NCBI RefSeq assembly: GCF_009914755.1
Contig: NC_060938.1
DNA length: 64,000 nucleotides
Reading direction: 5' to 3' (one strand)
From: the human T2T-CHM13v2.0 reference genome, Homo sapiens
Shown here: positions 1 through 15,729 of the stretch, piece by piece
Numbering within the stretch: position 1 is the first letter of the stretch
Layout: each line of letters begins with the position of its first letter
The notes under the pieces: generated by a model
Databases searched by the model: none
Told to the model about the DNA's origin: nothing
What the model saw: only the letters and a program-made list of their open reading frames with translations
Translations under genes and position numbers: made by a program

Positions 1-2167
<2,167 letters not shown>

Positions 2168-2809
2168 TTAAACGGTAGAGAGTAAGTCAAGGCAGAAAAA
2201 CAAAGCTAAAATTACACCTCTATGAATAAACGAGACCTGGCTACGCAATTTATAGGCCTCTGTCTTGTCTGGATGTCACTGGCTAAATGTAGGAAATCTG
2301 CAAATTAAATTGGGCTGTGCACTTCCAATTATGATTGCAGAAATTTAACAAAGCCTACTTCGCTTCTCAATACTCCCTTTGAAACTTCCATGTGAATACA
2401 GAACAATAAAAAGCTTCCATAGGACAGAAATCAGGAAACAGGGTCAACTCTTTGCCAGATAAAATATGTACTTTCTATTATAATTTTCTACTGAAGCACT
2501 AACGAAGAATACAGGAAAAATATAAGATGGTATACCACCATCCTCCTATGACAGTCAAGGCAGCAAATTGGGCTGTTCTCTAGAAAGTGTTTTCTACGTA
2601 GAGTATGAAACACATGCTGAAGGCTGGAAATCAAGAGGTTGTTACAGTACTCCAAGCAAGTGAAAATGTAAAGGGAAGAACCAAAGTGTACATTTTTGAG
2701 ATATGATACTTCCTCACATGTTATGGTTAAAGTAGAGAGAGGAATCAGTAATGGTCAAGACGTATAACCCATAATAGCCAAGTTTCTAACTTACAAAACT
2801 GTGAGACAG

Positions 2810-3990
2810 GCTTTAGGTGTTACCCTGTGTACTCTCAGCTGAGGTGGGCACAAAGAGATACACCTTCTCCTTAACCAAAGGAGAGGGAAGAGTAAAAGGG
2901 ACTTTGTCTTTCAACATGGGTACCGACTCAAGCCACAGTAAAATAAAGCACCAAGTAGACTCCTAAAGTTCCTGACTCCAGGCCCTAGCTCCCAGGGAGC
3001 ATTTCTACACTCACCCTAGGCCAGAAAAAAACATGTTGCCCAGAAGAGAAACACACAAGCATGGCTGGCTTCACCTGACTAGAGAGCCCTTGGATCTTTA
3101 ATAAACATCAGGAGTAGTCAGACAATAGTCACCATAAGCCCTGGGAGAGACTCAGTACTGTGCTGGCTTCAGGTCTGCCCCACCACAGTCCCAGTGGTTG
3201 TGGACACAGAGGTGCTTGTTTCAAACCTCCTCCACCTCCAGGCAGTTCAGCACTGAGAGAAACACTGCGTTTGTTTTGAGGGAAAGTAGGGAAGAGAAAA
3301 AAAGACTCTGCCTGGTAACCCAAGCACTTCGGAGAACATATGGAGGTTTCTCAAAAAACTAAAAATAGAGCTACCATACAATCCAGCAATCCCGTTGCTA
3401 GGTATATACCCAAAAGAAAGGAAATCAGGATAGCGATGTCTGCGCTCCCACATTTGTTGTGGCACTAATCACAACGGCCAAGATTTGGATGCAACCTAAT
3501 TGTCCATCGACAGACAAATGGATAAAGAAAATGTGGTGCATATACACAGTGGAGTACTATTCAGCCACACAAAAGGTGAATCCTGTCATCTGCAACAACA
3601 TTTATGGAACTTGAGACATTATGTGAAGTGAAATGAGCCAGAAAAAGGAAGACGAACTTCACATGTCTCACTCATTTCTGGGAACTAAAGATTAAAACAA
3701 TTGAACTCACTGAGATAGAAAGTAGAATGATGGTTACTAGAGACTGGGAAGGGTAGTGGGAGAGGGAGGCAGTGCATATGGTTAATGGGTATATATAGAA
3801 TGAGTAATATCTAGTATTTGATAGTACAACAGGGTGGTTACAATGAACAATAATTTATCATGCATTTTTAAATAATTAAAAGAATATAATTGGAATATTT
3901 GAAACACATAAGAAACAAGTGCTTAAGGTGATAGATATCCCTTTTACAATGATGTGATCATTATACATTGCATGCCTATAGCAAAATATC
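2810..3990 (+). mobile_element. L1MA-type element: 5' UTR fragment (~2810-3322) joined to ORF2 end and 3' UTR (~3323-3990)
   Basis: 5' UTR-like motifs (ggagagggaagagtaaaagggactttgtctt; ctctgcctggtaacc), then ggagaacatatggaggtttctcaaaaaactaaaaatagagctacc and an L1MA 3' UTR. Confidence 0.8.
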
Positions 3991-4931
3991 AACTTTTAGC
4001 AGATTACAAATTAAACAACTTTGGCAAACAAAAGAAATATATAAGCAGAGGATAAAATTTAAAAGAGATAAATCTGAAGGAATACATTTTAAAAAATAGT
4101 AAAATGAACATGGACTGATAAAAGATATGACATTTACAGTTGACCACAGACTCCACAGGAGTGAAAAAGAAGACAGTTTTTCAACCTCCTGTCAATAGAG
4201 ACAACATAGTAGGATTTAATCTGGTTGGTATGCATCACTGATGGCAAATGTGAGTAATCATAAGCGTAAGGTAGAAAACATCAATAAAAGAAGTGGACAG
4301 AAAATATGGAAATGTATATGTTACTCTTAAATCTACTCTAAGAAAATTAACGGTGCAAGCATAATAATAAAATGCAACACTTTTCCCCCATGTTGGAAAT
4401 GAATAAAGAATGGACTGGACCGTGTCAAATCATAGTGTAGTTGCCCCTGCTAATGTAGTCAGGTCCATGGTTTTTCTCATCTCCAACTGTTTTCCGCCAT
4501 ATGAGAATGAAACTCTACTTTTTTTTTTATCAGATCTTCTGATGCTTCCCACATAAAACTTCGATATTGTCTTTATGCAATTGTCTGAGTTTTCAAATGT
4601 TTGCTACCAATTCAATTTTTAATAACCCATGTGGTCCAAACAAAATCGGTCCCAGCATGATCCTCCAGTAATCTCTTCTAACCCAGTGATTTAACTGCAA
4701 ATTTAAAAAATCACTTCACGTTGCCTTTTCTCCAATGCTTTTCCACCTACTCCATCCCAGTCTTTCACCTTTGTGTAATTACTACCTATGGTCACTGCTA
4801 CTCCTAAGAGATGGTAATGGAGAAACAATAAATCTGTTTTGTCCTAACAATAATACTAATGGTTCTGGGGAAAAAACAAAACAATAACAACAACAACAAA
4901 AAATCCCTCACAAAGTATTAGGTTTGATATG

Positions 4932-5316
4932 TGTTATGGATTGAATTCTGTCCCCTCAGACTTCATATGTTGAAGCTCTCACCCCAAGTGTGACTGTATT
5001 TGGAGATGGGGCCTTTAGGGAGGAAATTAAGGTTAAATAAGGTCATAAGAGTGGACTCTATCTGACAGGAATCCTGTCCTTATAAGAAGAAGAGATAGCA
5101 GAACTCTCTTTCTCTTCCAGCCTCACAGAAGGAAGGTCACATAAGCACACAAAGAGAAGGTGGCCATCTATGAGCCAGGAAGAGAGGTCTCACCAGAAAC
5201 CAAACCTGGCACCTTGATCTTGAACTTACAGCCTCCAGAACTGTGAGAAAATAAATTACTGTTCAAGTCATTCATTGTGTGGTATTTCGTTATGGCAGCC
5301 TGAACAGATTAATATA
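4932..5316 (+). mobile_element. MaLR solo LTR (MLT1A/B-like)
   Basis: Starts tgttatggattgaattctgtcccc, contains cagcctccagaactgtgagaaaataaa; exact 5-bp TSD ATATG at 4927-4931 and 5317-5321. Confidence 0.92.
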
Positions 5317-5751
5317 ATATGACCTATGGCTTCAGTCTATTCTTACGAAGACTTTATTCCATTGTCAAACAAAATTTAAAGCTAACTATAGTTAGATTTT
5401 TTTTATGAATTGAATTTGTATGCAGAATATATTATTAATCCTACAAAATAAAATATCAACCTATGGAAATTTAATCAATCAATAATCAATTATGAGAATT
5501 TGTCTTTGTTGGATAAATACCCAACATCTTCATTAAGTGTCTTGAGGAAGCAGCTTGGAACACAATATAGAAATAACTTTAACAATTCCCAATAATAATT
5601 AGCTGACAAGGCTATTAATCACAGAGCAAAAACCATTCTATTAACCACTCACAGGAGTATTTTACAGATTACATAATAGGATCATTTATTTAACTACATC
5701 AACAAGTATTGCTAAATAAACCAAAACAGAGAATAAATTTGTAAATATGTC

Positions 5752-6050
5752 TTTTTTTTTTTTTTTTGAGATGGAGTCTCACTCTGCCGCCCAGGCTGGA
5801 GTGCAATGGAACAATCTAGGCTCACTACAACCTTTGCCTCCTGGGTTGAAGCGATTCTCCTGCCTCAGCAACCGAAGTAGCTGGGATTACAGGCTCCCGC
5901 TACCACGCCTGGCTAATTTTTGTATTTTCAGTAGAGATGGTGGTTTCGTCATGTTGGTCAGGCTGGTCTCGAACTCCCAACCTCAGATGAACTATCCACC
6001 TCGGCCTCTCAAAGTGCTGGGATTACAAGTGTGAGCCACCGCACCCAGGT
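5752..6050 (-). mobile_element. AluS (Sx-like)
   Basis: Poly(T) followed by gagatggagtctcactctg...gtgagccaccgcaccc. Confidence 0.95.
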
Positions 6051-7879
6051 AATGGCATTTTTTAAACCTTTGCAGTTGAGTAGTTGATAGCTTCCAATTA
6101 GGTGGGAATATTCATAAGTATCTAGTAAAACTACCAAGATGAACTTTTTAATCTGTGAGAATCCTCTACTGAGTCCTAGGGTAATGATATACTAAAGCCA
6201 CTAAGAAATGACTCAAAGCTAAAAATCAAGGACCACAGAAAATTTAAATAAAAAGATTATAGCTTATAAAGGTAGCAATAATATTAGGACCCAGAATTTT
6301 GCTCCTTTAATTACTATGCTTCTTTTCCCAAACCTCTAGAAACAATTTTGAAAGAAAATGTTTGTATAAGAAACAGAGATAAAGAGGATGGCAATTTTTT
6401 AGAATGTGGTCAGCCATCTAAACAAGAATTAAATTAGAAATGCAAAAGTCAAATACAAGTCAACCTAAAAATATGTAATTTTTTCAGTAATACTTTCTCT
6501 ACCTTTTCACTAAGTTATAAATATAATCAAGAAAAAAGCAAAATAATCTCCACAGCAATACATATACTTTTGCTCAATTAACTGAATAAATTCCACGTAA
6601 ATAATCTAAAGTGTATTTCCAACAAGTCAGTCAAGATACTGAGTACAGTATTTTCCATTCTATATCAGAAGGATAAAATATTAGATATTTATCCACATCT
6701 ATCAATAAGAATTAAGTACACTGGGCCTAATATTTCTCACACAATGTTTTAAAAAATCCACATCAATAAAAAGACAATATTCATAAATGTAAGGTTTATA
6801 TTCAAGTGTGGATTACACAACCAAGGGAGACAAATGATGGAACAGAGTTCCGAGACCTGAGTTCTAAGCCCTTCGCAGTAACTAATTAGTTTTATGTCCT
6901 TAGGTAAAACTAAAAACATCTTGGGCCTCAGCTTCTTCAATCTACAAAATGAGGCAGTCAAACTATGTGATCTCTAAAGCTACATCAGTTAAACAGTGTG
7001 GAAAAGCAAATGCTTGTCAATGCCTAGAATATACTATACTATAAAAAGTGTAACTCTTTGGGGTGGTATCAAACAACACAATATAAACAAATCTTCTCCC
7101 TAAATTTGGAAGTGTATTTCTTACCCATCTAATCTCCAAGTTTATAGCTATTACCAAATAAAACCAGTACTTGGGAATTAATATATTCACTGAAATCTCA
7201 TCTGCTTGTTGCTTATTTTTCTATAATATTTAAGTTAAGGAAGTGCCTCAACTGGGAAAATGCAGCATGCCCAATATAATTACTCTTTCAAAAAATATTT
7301 ATTGAACATTTAGCCAGGCATTGTGATAAGTGCTAAAGATGTAATAAGGAACAGGATAAGCACAGATCTTCCCTAGTAACATTTACAGACTAAAGACACA
7401 GAAGCAAACGGGGAATTTCAACACAATGGGGCAAAGGCCAAGAAGAAAAGTATAGCTTTATACCGTCAAAAAAGTATATAAATTCACCTTTCTGTCTCTT
7501 AAGGGAATAAATACTGGATATAGGAATTAAATGTGTCTCCTATGAACAACAGTGCACTCAGGATCCTGCCTGATGTGGAAGCACAGCTAATATTAGCTTT
7601 TCTTTATTCTCTGTCACAAAACAATAATGTAACATGTGGGCTCAACAGTGATTATCTCTAGTATGTGAGTCCATCCTGAGAGTGCTGGCCTGCGCTAGAT
7701 TTGACATGTTATCCCTACCGTCTCAATGTGAATATCTTTGGTACTTCTCACTTCTTGCCATGATGTGAACAAAAACTGTGATCTGTGTCTTTGTCCTTGC
7801 TTCTCTTGGGGCCTTCCTGTCCAAATAGAAGTTTCTGACTATCAGTCTCTCTGGTGGAAACTCTTTCAATACTGCCACG

Positions 7880-8950
<1,071 letters not shown>

Positions 8951-9054
8951 ATTAAGCTGAAGAAAACATGGCCTTACCATACCTTGTTAGAACTTGTTAC
9001 AAAAACATACCCCTCATCTACGGAAACTGCTTACCTGGCATTCCTTAATGACCA

Positions 9055-9497
9055 TGTGATGGTTAACACTGAGTGCCAAACTGATTAGACTGAAGGATAC
9101 AAAGTATTGAGCCTGGGTGTGTCTGTGAGGGTGTTTCCAAAGGAGATTAACATTTGAGTCAGTGGGCTGGGAAAGGCAGACTCACCCTTAATCTGGGTGG
9201 GCACAATCTAATCAGCTGCCAGTGTGGCTGAAATATAAGGAGGCAGAAAAATATGAAAAGACAGACTGGTCGAGCCTCCCAGCCTACATTTTTCTCCCAT
9301 GCTGGATGCTTCCTGCCCTTGAACATTGGACTCCAAGTTTTTCAGTTTTGTAACTTGGACTGGCTCTCCTTGCTCCTCAGCCTGCAGATGGCCTATTGTG
9401 GAACCTTGTGATCATGTGAGTAAATACTTATAAACTCCCCTTTAAAAATAGATCTATTCCATTAGTTCTGTCCCACTGGAGAACCCTGACTAATACA
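9055..9497 (+). mobile_element. ERVL solo LTR, MLT2A (MLT2A1-like, 443 bp)
   Basis: TG...CA termini (tgtgatggttaacactgagtg...gaaccctgactaataca); exact 5-bp TSD GACCA at 9050-9054 and 9498-9502. Confidence 0.93.
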
Positions 9498-11010
9498 GAC
9501 CATCTCAACCCTCTTCCTTCCTGTAATTTCTTATTATTACCATTCATTAGCTATTTTACCTGTAAGTATAGTCCAACTCTCAATTGGACTTCATAATTTT
9601 ATTATGCCACCGGTGCCAACAAAGCAACTGTGTGCAATCCCCACCCAATCCTTGTTTTCTAGAATTAACACTAACAGAACAAATTCATTTGGTAGATTTA
9701 TGAAAACAATTACTGAATGCCCTCAGAGGTCCTTCTAATACTGCAAGACGTCAGAATGGACTATCTGAAGAGCAATTCTACTTTCCATATTGTTTTTTGT
9801 CCTCTGATTTCAGATCTTATCTTCAATACTTATAGAGCTGTCCAGTCATAGTTCATGGGAATTATAGTACTGTAGCCCATCAATAACCTAACCCATCTTT
9901 CTAGCAAATAGATTCAATTCCCCCTTAGTCAGTTGGTCAGTGTGGTATTTTTCATCACAACCCGTTTACACTGTAGAAGGAACAGTTGTCTCATGCAGTA
10001 ATAGAAGGGGTCTGATCAGAAGTTCAATCCCATTAAATGATAAGGGAAAACTGCTCACAAGCTCCCAAATTAAAGAGCTATGATTAAGAATCATCTGTGG
10101 CTCTCATAGTTTAACTGAACTACTGCAGTGAAAGCTTTCTGTTCAGAAATGATAAAGATTTTAACTTGAAAGAAAATTCTAAGTACATTGCTCTTGTTGT
10201 CAGAATTGTAAAGCTGAGGAAAAGAAAAATGAGAAACGCAATATTAATGCACAACAGAAATTTCTGGCCAAAACATTCTGAGACAGCAAAACGTGTATTC
10301 TAAATTCCCTATTCAGGTGGCATAAATACAAATTTGTATTTGTTTCTATCAAAAATGGCTAGAAATGCACAGGTTCACTGTTGTTAAAGTCTAATGCTCA
10401 ATCACTATACTTTCATTTTCTTGTTAAGAATGCTTTGTTTTAGGAGGCTTCTCTAATGCATAGTTGGCCTTCAAAGGTAAACTTTATCTTTCCATCACCT
10501 CCCACCCATGTCTTACTCACCAATCTCAGGGCATTATCTGTGGTTACTCAAATATTCTCATCTTCATGTCATTGTTCTACCCAAAACTAACTAACTGGAG
10601 AACTACATATTTTTGCAAGGCCAAGTTTAAATATTGCTTTTTTCCAGAAGCTGTCTATGACATGCTGGTAGCATCATACCCTCCCTTTCTCCCAGCACAA
10701 ACAATAGAATTAGCTCTTCCTTCTTCTGTGTTCCTTTGTCAATGTTCACATATATCTATAATCTGGTTCTTAATATTTCAACAGTTTTACTTTCCTTTAT
10801 TCTCTCTTTCTAGGCCTACATATTTAACTTTAAAATGTTAAAATAAGAAACATGGAGATTCCCTAAGTGGACTGCAGTGATATCTTCCCCTGCAATTAAG
10901 CATTATAGCTTCATATGTTCAGTTACATAACAAAATAAATAGCTAAACCAAATAGGATGGCTTAAAGATCATAAATATTACAATAACTTTAGGATTTAAA
11001 GATTAATTAC

Positions 11011-11070
11011 CTTGCTTTCTGCTAACCAGCGATGTGGGTCATAATGTATATCAGGACCAGATGAAAAAAC
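11011..11070 (-). CDS. CEP128: CEP128 internal coding exon, 60 nt (VFSSGPDIHYDPHRWLAESK)
   Basis: Not in the ORF track. Acceptor ttttctcttttgtag|GTT and donor AAG|gtaatt; 20 codons in frame; peptide matches recalled CEP128 sequence following SVEKLK. Confidence 0.93.
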
Positions 11071-12333
11071 CTACAAAAGAGAAAACAGTCGATTAGAAAT
11101 ACATTTTTCTCTGACATAAACATATATAAATGAAATTCTTCACCACAGTATCCAAAAGTTTAGTTCCCCAATTTAAGGATTTAAAAAGAAAAATTGTTGC
11201 CCCAAATACTCAACCAGTTCCAAACTAGCATTCATTTATATGCCTTTTTATGTATGTATTCATTTATTTATGTATTGGCAATAAATATTTTGATGGAAAA
11301 ATCAACTATCAAGTGCTATCATTGCTAGGATATATGGAGGCTGATTCTGTGGAGTTCCATATGGCAAACAGCTTCAATTAAAGTCAGTTTATTTCATTTC
11401 TGTTTGTTTCCTCTCCTCAGTCGTGTTCTACATAATGTACTTCAAAGAGGGTTATATGTGATTACATGGAAACAATTCTCTCTCATTTATCCTTCTTTAA
11501 TTTAATAGTAAAAGGGCCATTTTGTCTTATCAATGATTGTCAATAGACACAAACTCATCGACATGACTTCACGCAAACATTGCCTTGTATTTCAATAGTT
11601 CATCTGCGCTAGCTGCTTTGACTTCCTTCACGCCAACTCATTTATAAAATCCCTTGCATCTGGTTTTGTCATATTACTAAAGTAAAACTGTATTCAAAGT
11701 TGGCAATGACTTTATAATTGTAAATACAAAAGTTTTTTCTCAATTTGTACTTTTGTTGAACTCTGTGCTACAAATAATATTTTTGAAGACCTCTTTCTCA
11801 AATTTGCCTGTTTAAAAATATCCTCTCTCTCTACAAGGAGAAGTCTATTCCTATTCTCAAATACCTCCATACCTCCTGAGCTGTGTGCACATTGCTTCTT
11901 TGTCAGGAATATCATTAGTTAACTCATTTAGACAAATGCTGAAAGCATAATGAGTGCCCACCACATATCACATATGTGAATATTGTATTCTTATATCCAA
12001 TTTTCTCTCATCCACCTTTCTATCTAAATCTCACCCAATTCTCATATCCTCCCTGCCTTTTCAAGGAAATTTTCCCTAATCACCCGAGTTCACAGTATTT
12101 TCTTCCTCTTCCAGTTCTCTACTACATTGCTGAATATTTGCATACATCCATTTGTCATTGATTAGAATACACTTTTATTATTCTTTTTCATTCATGAATG
12201 TCATACATGTCAATTAAATCTTCTGTGGCCTAATAAAGATATTAATGTTTAATATCAAAGTATAAGATAATTGGGTATAAGTACAAGTAATGTTCACATT
12301 TTATTATTTGCTTTACAGATTTACCTATAGCTA

Positions 12334-12715
<382 letters not shown>

Positions 12716-12879
12716 CTACTGCATATCAAGATGTCACTATTAATAAATAGGCTTCAAGGCCTATTATGAAAAAAGCACTATAACAGGCATTTGTCATTAA
12801 AAATATAAAGAAAGAGAAGCCATATGTATTTGTGAACATGTTACTAAAAGAGGCAATACAAAATAATGATAGGTAACAT

Positions 12880-13095
12880 TACTTGAGTATCCACTAAGCG
12901 CAAGATATTTGACCCTATAATAGCACCTTCTATATCTTACCTCACTTTATCTTCTCAATGAGCCAACTTATAACTGGGGACATGAACTCTTAGAGAAGAA
13001 AGAGCTTACATAACTTATCCAAGGTCATATATTAGAAATTTGCAATGACTTCCAATATGAACCTATACCTGTCTTGATCCAAAGCCCATCGTCTT
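12880..13095 (-). mobile_element. MIR fragment
   Basis: acttgagtatccactaagcgcaag...taacttatccaaggtcata resembles the MIR core; approximate limits. Confidence 0.6.
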
Positions 13096-14025
13096 CATGC
13101 TCTAAAACTGAATGAATACTCAGACCAAGTGTTATGGAAAGAGAGAGACTAAAATAAGTACAGTGCAGAACTAATCTATTTACTTGAGCTCTTGGATTAT
13201 CAAAAACTGTCCTGTGAGAATGATACATCTTAATTCAGACACTTTCCTAATTGTTTTACAATTGTAGTGTACGTCTGTCCTTCATTGTCAAACACATACA
13301 TTAACTAAAGTGGAATAAGTAACAAATACAGTGACTTGAAAAAGAAAAATGTAACTAAAAATAACATCAACATTCCCAGGACTTTTCTCAAACTCATTTA
13401 TTACATATCTATTTTCTAATCTATTCCATAGCACTGTTACTCTTTACATACAATGGCTGAAAATCTCATCAGCAATATTTCAAGAATCAATAAATGACTA
13501 AGTGGAATTATTCCTTTTTTGAAAACATTTTACATGATTCTTCCACACTCTCTCAGAACTATAAACTACAAAACAAACATAAATTTTATCTTTACCACAC
13601 CCCTGGGTGGTTTCTTGAGCATGTTTCTTGAGTGCTATGTTCTTGAGCATTCCATTTTTCTTTCCCAGGTTTACAGCAATAAAACAACAGAAGTTACTAA
13701 TGAAAAGAGGCCCACAATGAAAAAAATGTAGACTCTTAAAAAATTAATAGAATTTCCTTTCTTTTAGATCTATTTTCCACCCAAGACTTGGATTGAATTA
13801 GTCTTTCTCTAGGGGAAGAAGTGTAAAACCCATTACCACAGTCACTCCATGTCTGAAAGCCTATAAAAAATTGGATGCTTCTTGGAATATATTGGAAGGA
13901 TAATTTGTGACTCATAAAGAAATAAAATATTTAAGCAATCTGCTATCTGCACATCATGTATTTGCCTGCAATTGCCCATAACAAACTGTGTATATATATG
14001 CACATATGTGAGTGCATATATATAG

Positions 14026-14049
14026 GTGTGTGTGTGTGTGTGTGTGTGT
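14026..14049. repeat. (GT)12 microsatellite within a TA/TG-rich tract
   Basis: Read directly from the sequence. Confidence 0.95.
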
Positions 14050-14974
14050 ATACATATATATATCTTACAACATGATCCAAATGTTTCCATTTTACCTTCC
14101 TACATGACTGAAAACAAACCATGCTGTTACAAATATTTAAATATAGAATAAATATTGCATTGCTAATATATACTTCTTCTAGATAAAAATTAGGATTTTC
14201 AAGGCTCCACATTCATTAAATAAACGCAAATATGACAAGTCTTAAATTTAAAAAGCAGCATTAGGAAAAAAAAAAAGTTAGAATTATCATAGGCCCTACA
14301 ATAGTTCTAAAAGAGTTAGTTTTCCCCCTAAAGCCAATTACTTCTCATATTAGACTCATAGTCTTTTCAAAGTAACACTTGAACTTAAAAAAAAATTGTA
14401 AATGGGAATACATATTGTAAAAATTCCATCAACTCTACCAAATTCTATTAGTTAAAATATTTCCATTAAAGACAAATTCTAAAAATGTCTTGACTGCAAG
14501 AGAATTAGTTATATTTTCCTTTAAACACAATTTAAGATAGAAAAAAAGGCAGAGAGAAAGAGCAAGAAAAAAGAGGGGAACATAGTAGTATGAGAAAGGA
14601 AGGTCATTCTAGAAGAGGAAAAAGACTAATAAATGTCAAAATCAATAGTAGAAACTGCTGAAAAATAAAAAGCATTTCAGCATAATATCACAATGTGAAT
14701 GCCATCATATCACCAAATGCAGTAAACAGAGGGGTAAATGATGCTAAACTGTAATGTATTATGGTTACACATATCAAAACAATGTAATGTTCTCTGTATG
14801 TAAAATAGCAGCAAAACCTAGAGCTGACAGAAGTGCTTACCTGCAAGGAATTCAGAGCATCCATGATCACTTCTGTGTTTATTTATCATTTTACTATGAC
14901 TCTAAATTGTGTAGCAGTATTCCATTTGTTAAAATAGAAAAGCTAAATTAAATACAGCTGGTTTAAACAGGGAA

Positions 14975-15215
14975 GGCGGATAACATAGTGGTTATTAATT
15001 TAGGTTCCAGAGTTAGACTCCATAGGTTTGAAGCCCTAGTTTAGCATTTAACCAGATGTACAGCCAAGGGCAAGTTACTTAAACCGTCTAAACCTCCCTT
15101 TCTCTTAAGTGGGTTTAATCAGAGTAACTAAAAGATAGGGTTGTTTCAGAGGATAATGGAGAGACTAAAGCACCATGCATACTACAGTACCTATACTATA
15201 GTACTCAATAGATGT
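14975..15215 (+). mobile_element. MIR
   Basis: catagtggtta...gggcaagttacttaaac...gtactcaatagatgttagc. Confidence 0.7.
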
Positions 15216-15552
15216 TAGCCGGTAATATACCAACAACAACAAAAATAGCCTGCGATAGTGAAAACTCAAATTCCAGGCCTCTTGACTCCAAGGGCTACCT
15301 CTCTTATAAGATTTTTCTTTTTTTTTTTTTTTACAGAGTGAGACACAGCCAATTCAATGAAATAACATCATTCGTTCTCTCACCACAACTGTGCAATAGA
15401 TCCAGCGCCTTATTCTAAAAAATGCAAAATGTTATTTTGTTTTATAAAATTTTCCATAATAATAATCTGACTACCACACATGAAAATCCTATTACAATTA
15501 TATATTAGGAAACTAACTGAAAATATAAGGTGCAATGAGAATTCATAATTAC

Positions 15553-15729
15553 TTTTAATTTCTCCACTGAGTCCTTGGAGAATGTTTTACAAGCTGCATC
15601 AATTTCCTTTCCTATCACACCAAGAATGGATTCCTGTTCAGTCTCCAAGCAAAGAAGTTGATCCTTGAGCTGCAATCTGGCCTCTTCCATCCTCCTTAAG
15701 TGCTCCTCTTCAATGCTTATATGTTTTTC
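15553..15729 (-). CDS. CEP128: CEP128 internal coding exon, 177 nt (EKHISIEEEHLRRMEEARLQ...SVEKLK)
   Basis: Acceptor tttctttcaatgccttag|GAA and donor AAA|gtaatt; 59 codons, phase 0-0; overlaps ORF 15505..15690. Confidence 0.95.

Noticed and set aside
4130-4660. Possible hAT-Charlie DNA transposon remnant
   Set aside because: Only a vague resemblance; no terminal inverted repeats or TSD could be located.
13611-13650. Three short ttcttgag repeats
   Set aside because: Too short and degenerate; ordinary slippage.
14835-14960. Strong minus-strand donor CAG|gtaagc at 14841/14840
   Set aside because: No convincing upstream acceptor, and the 177- and 60-nt exons already join in frame.
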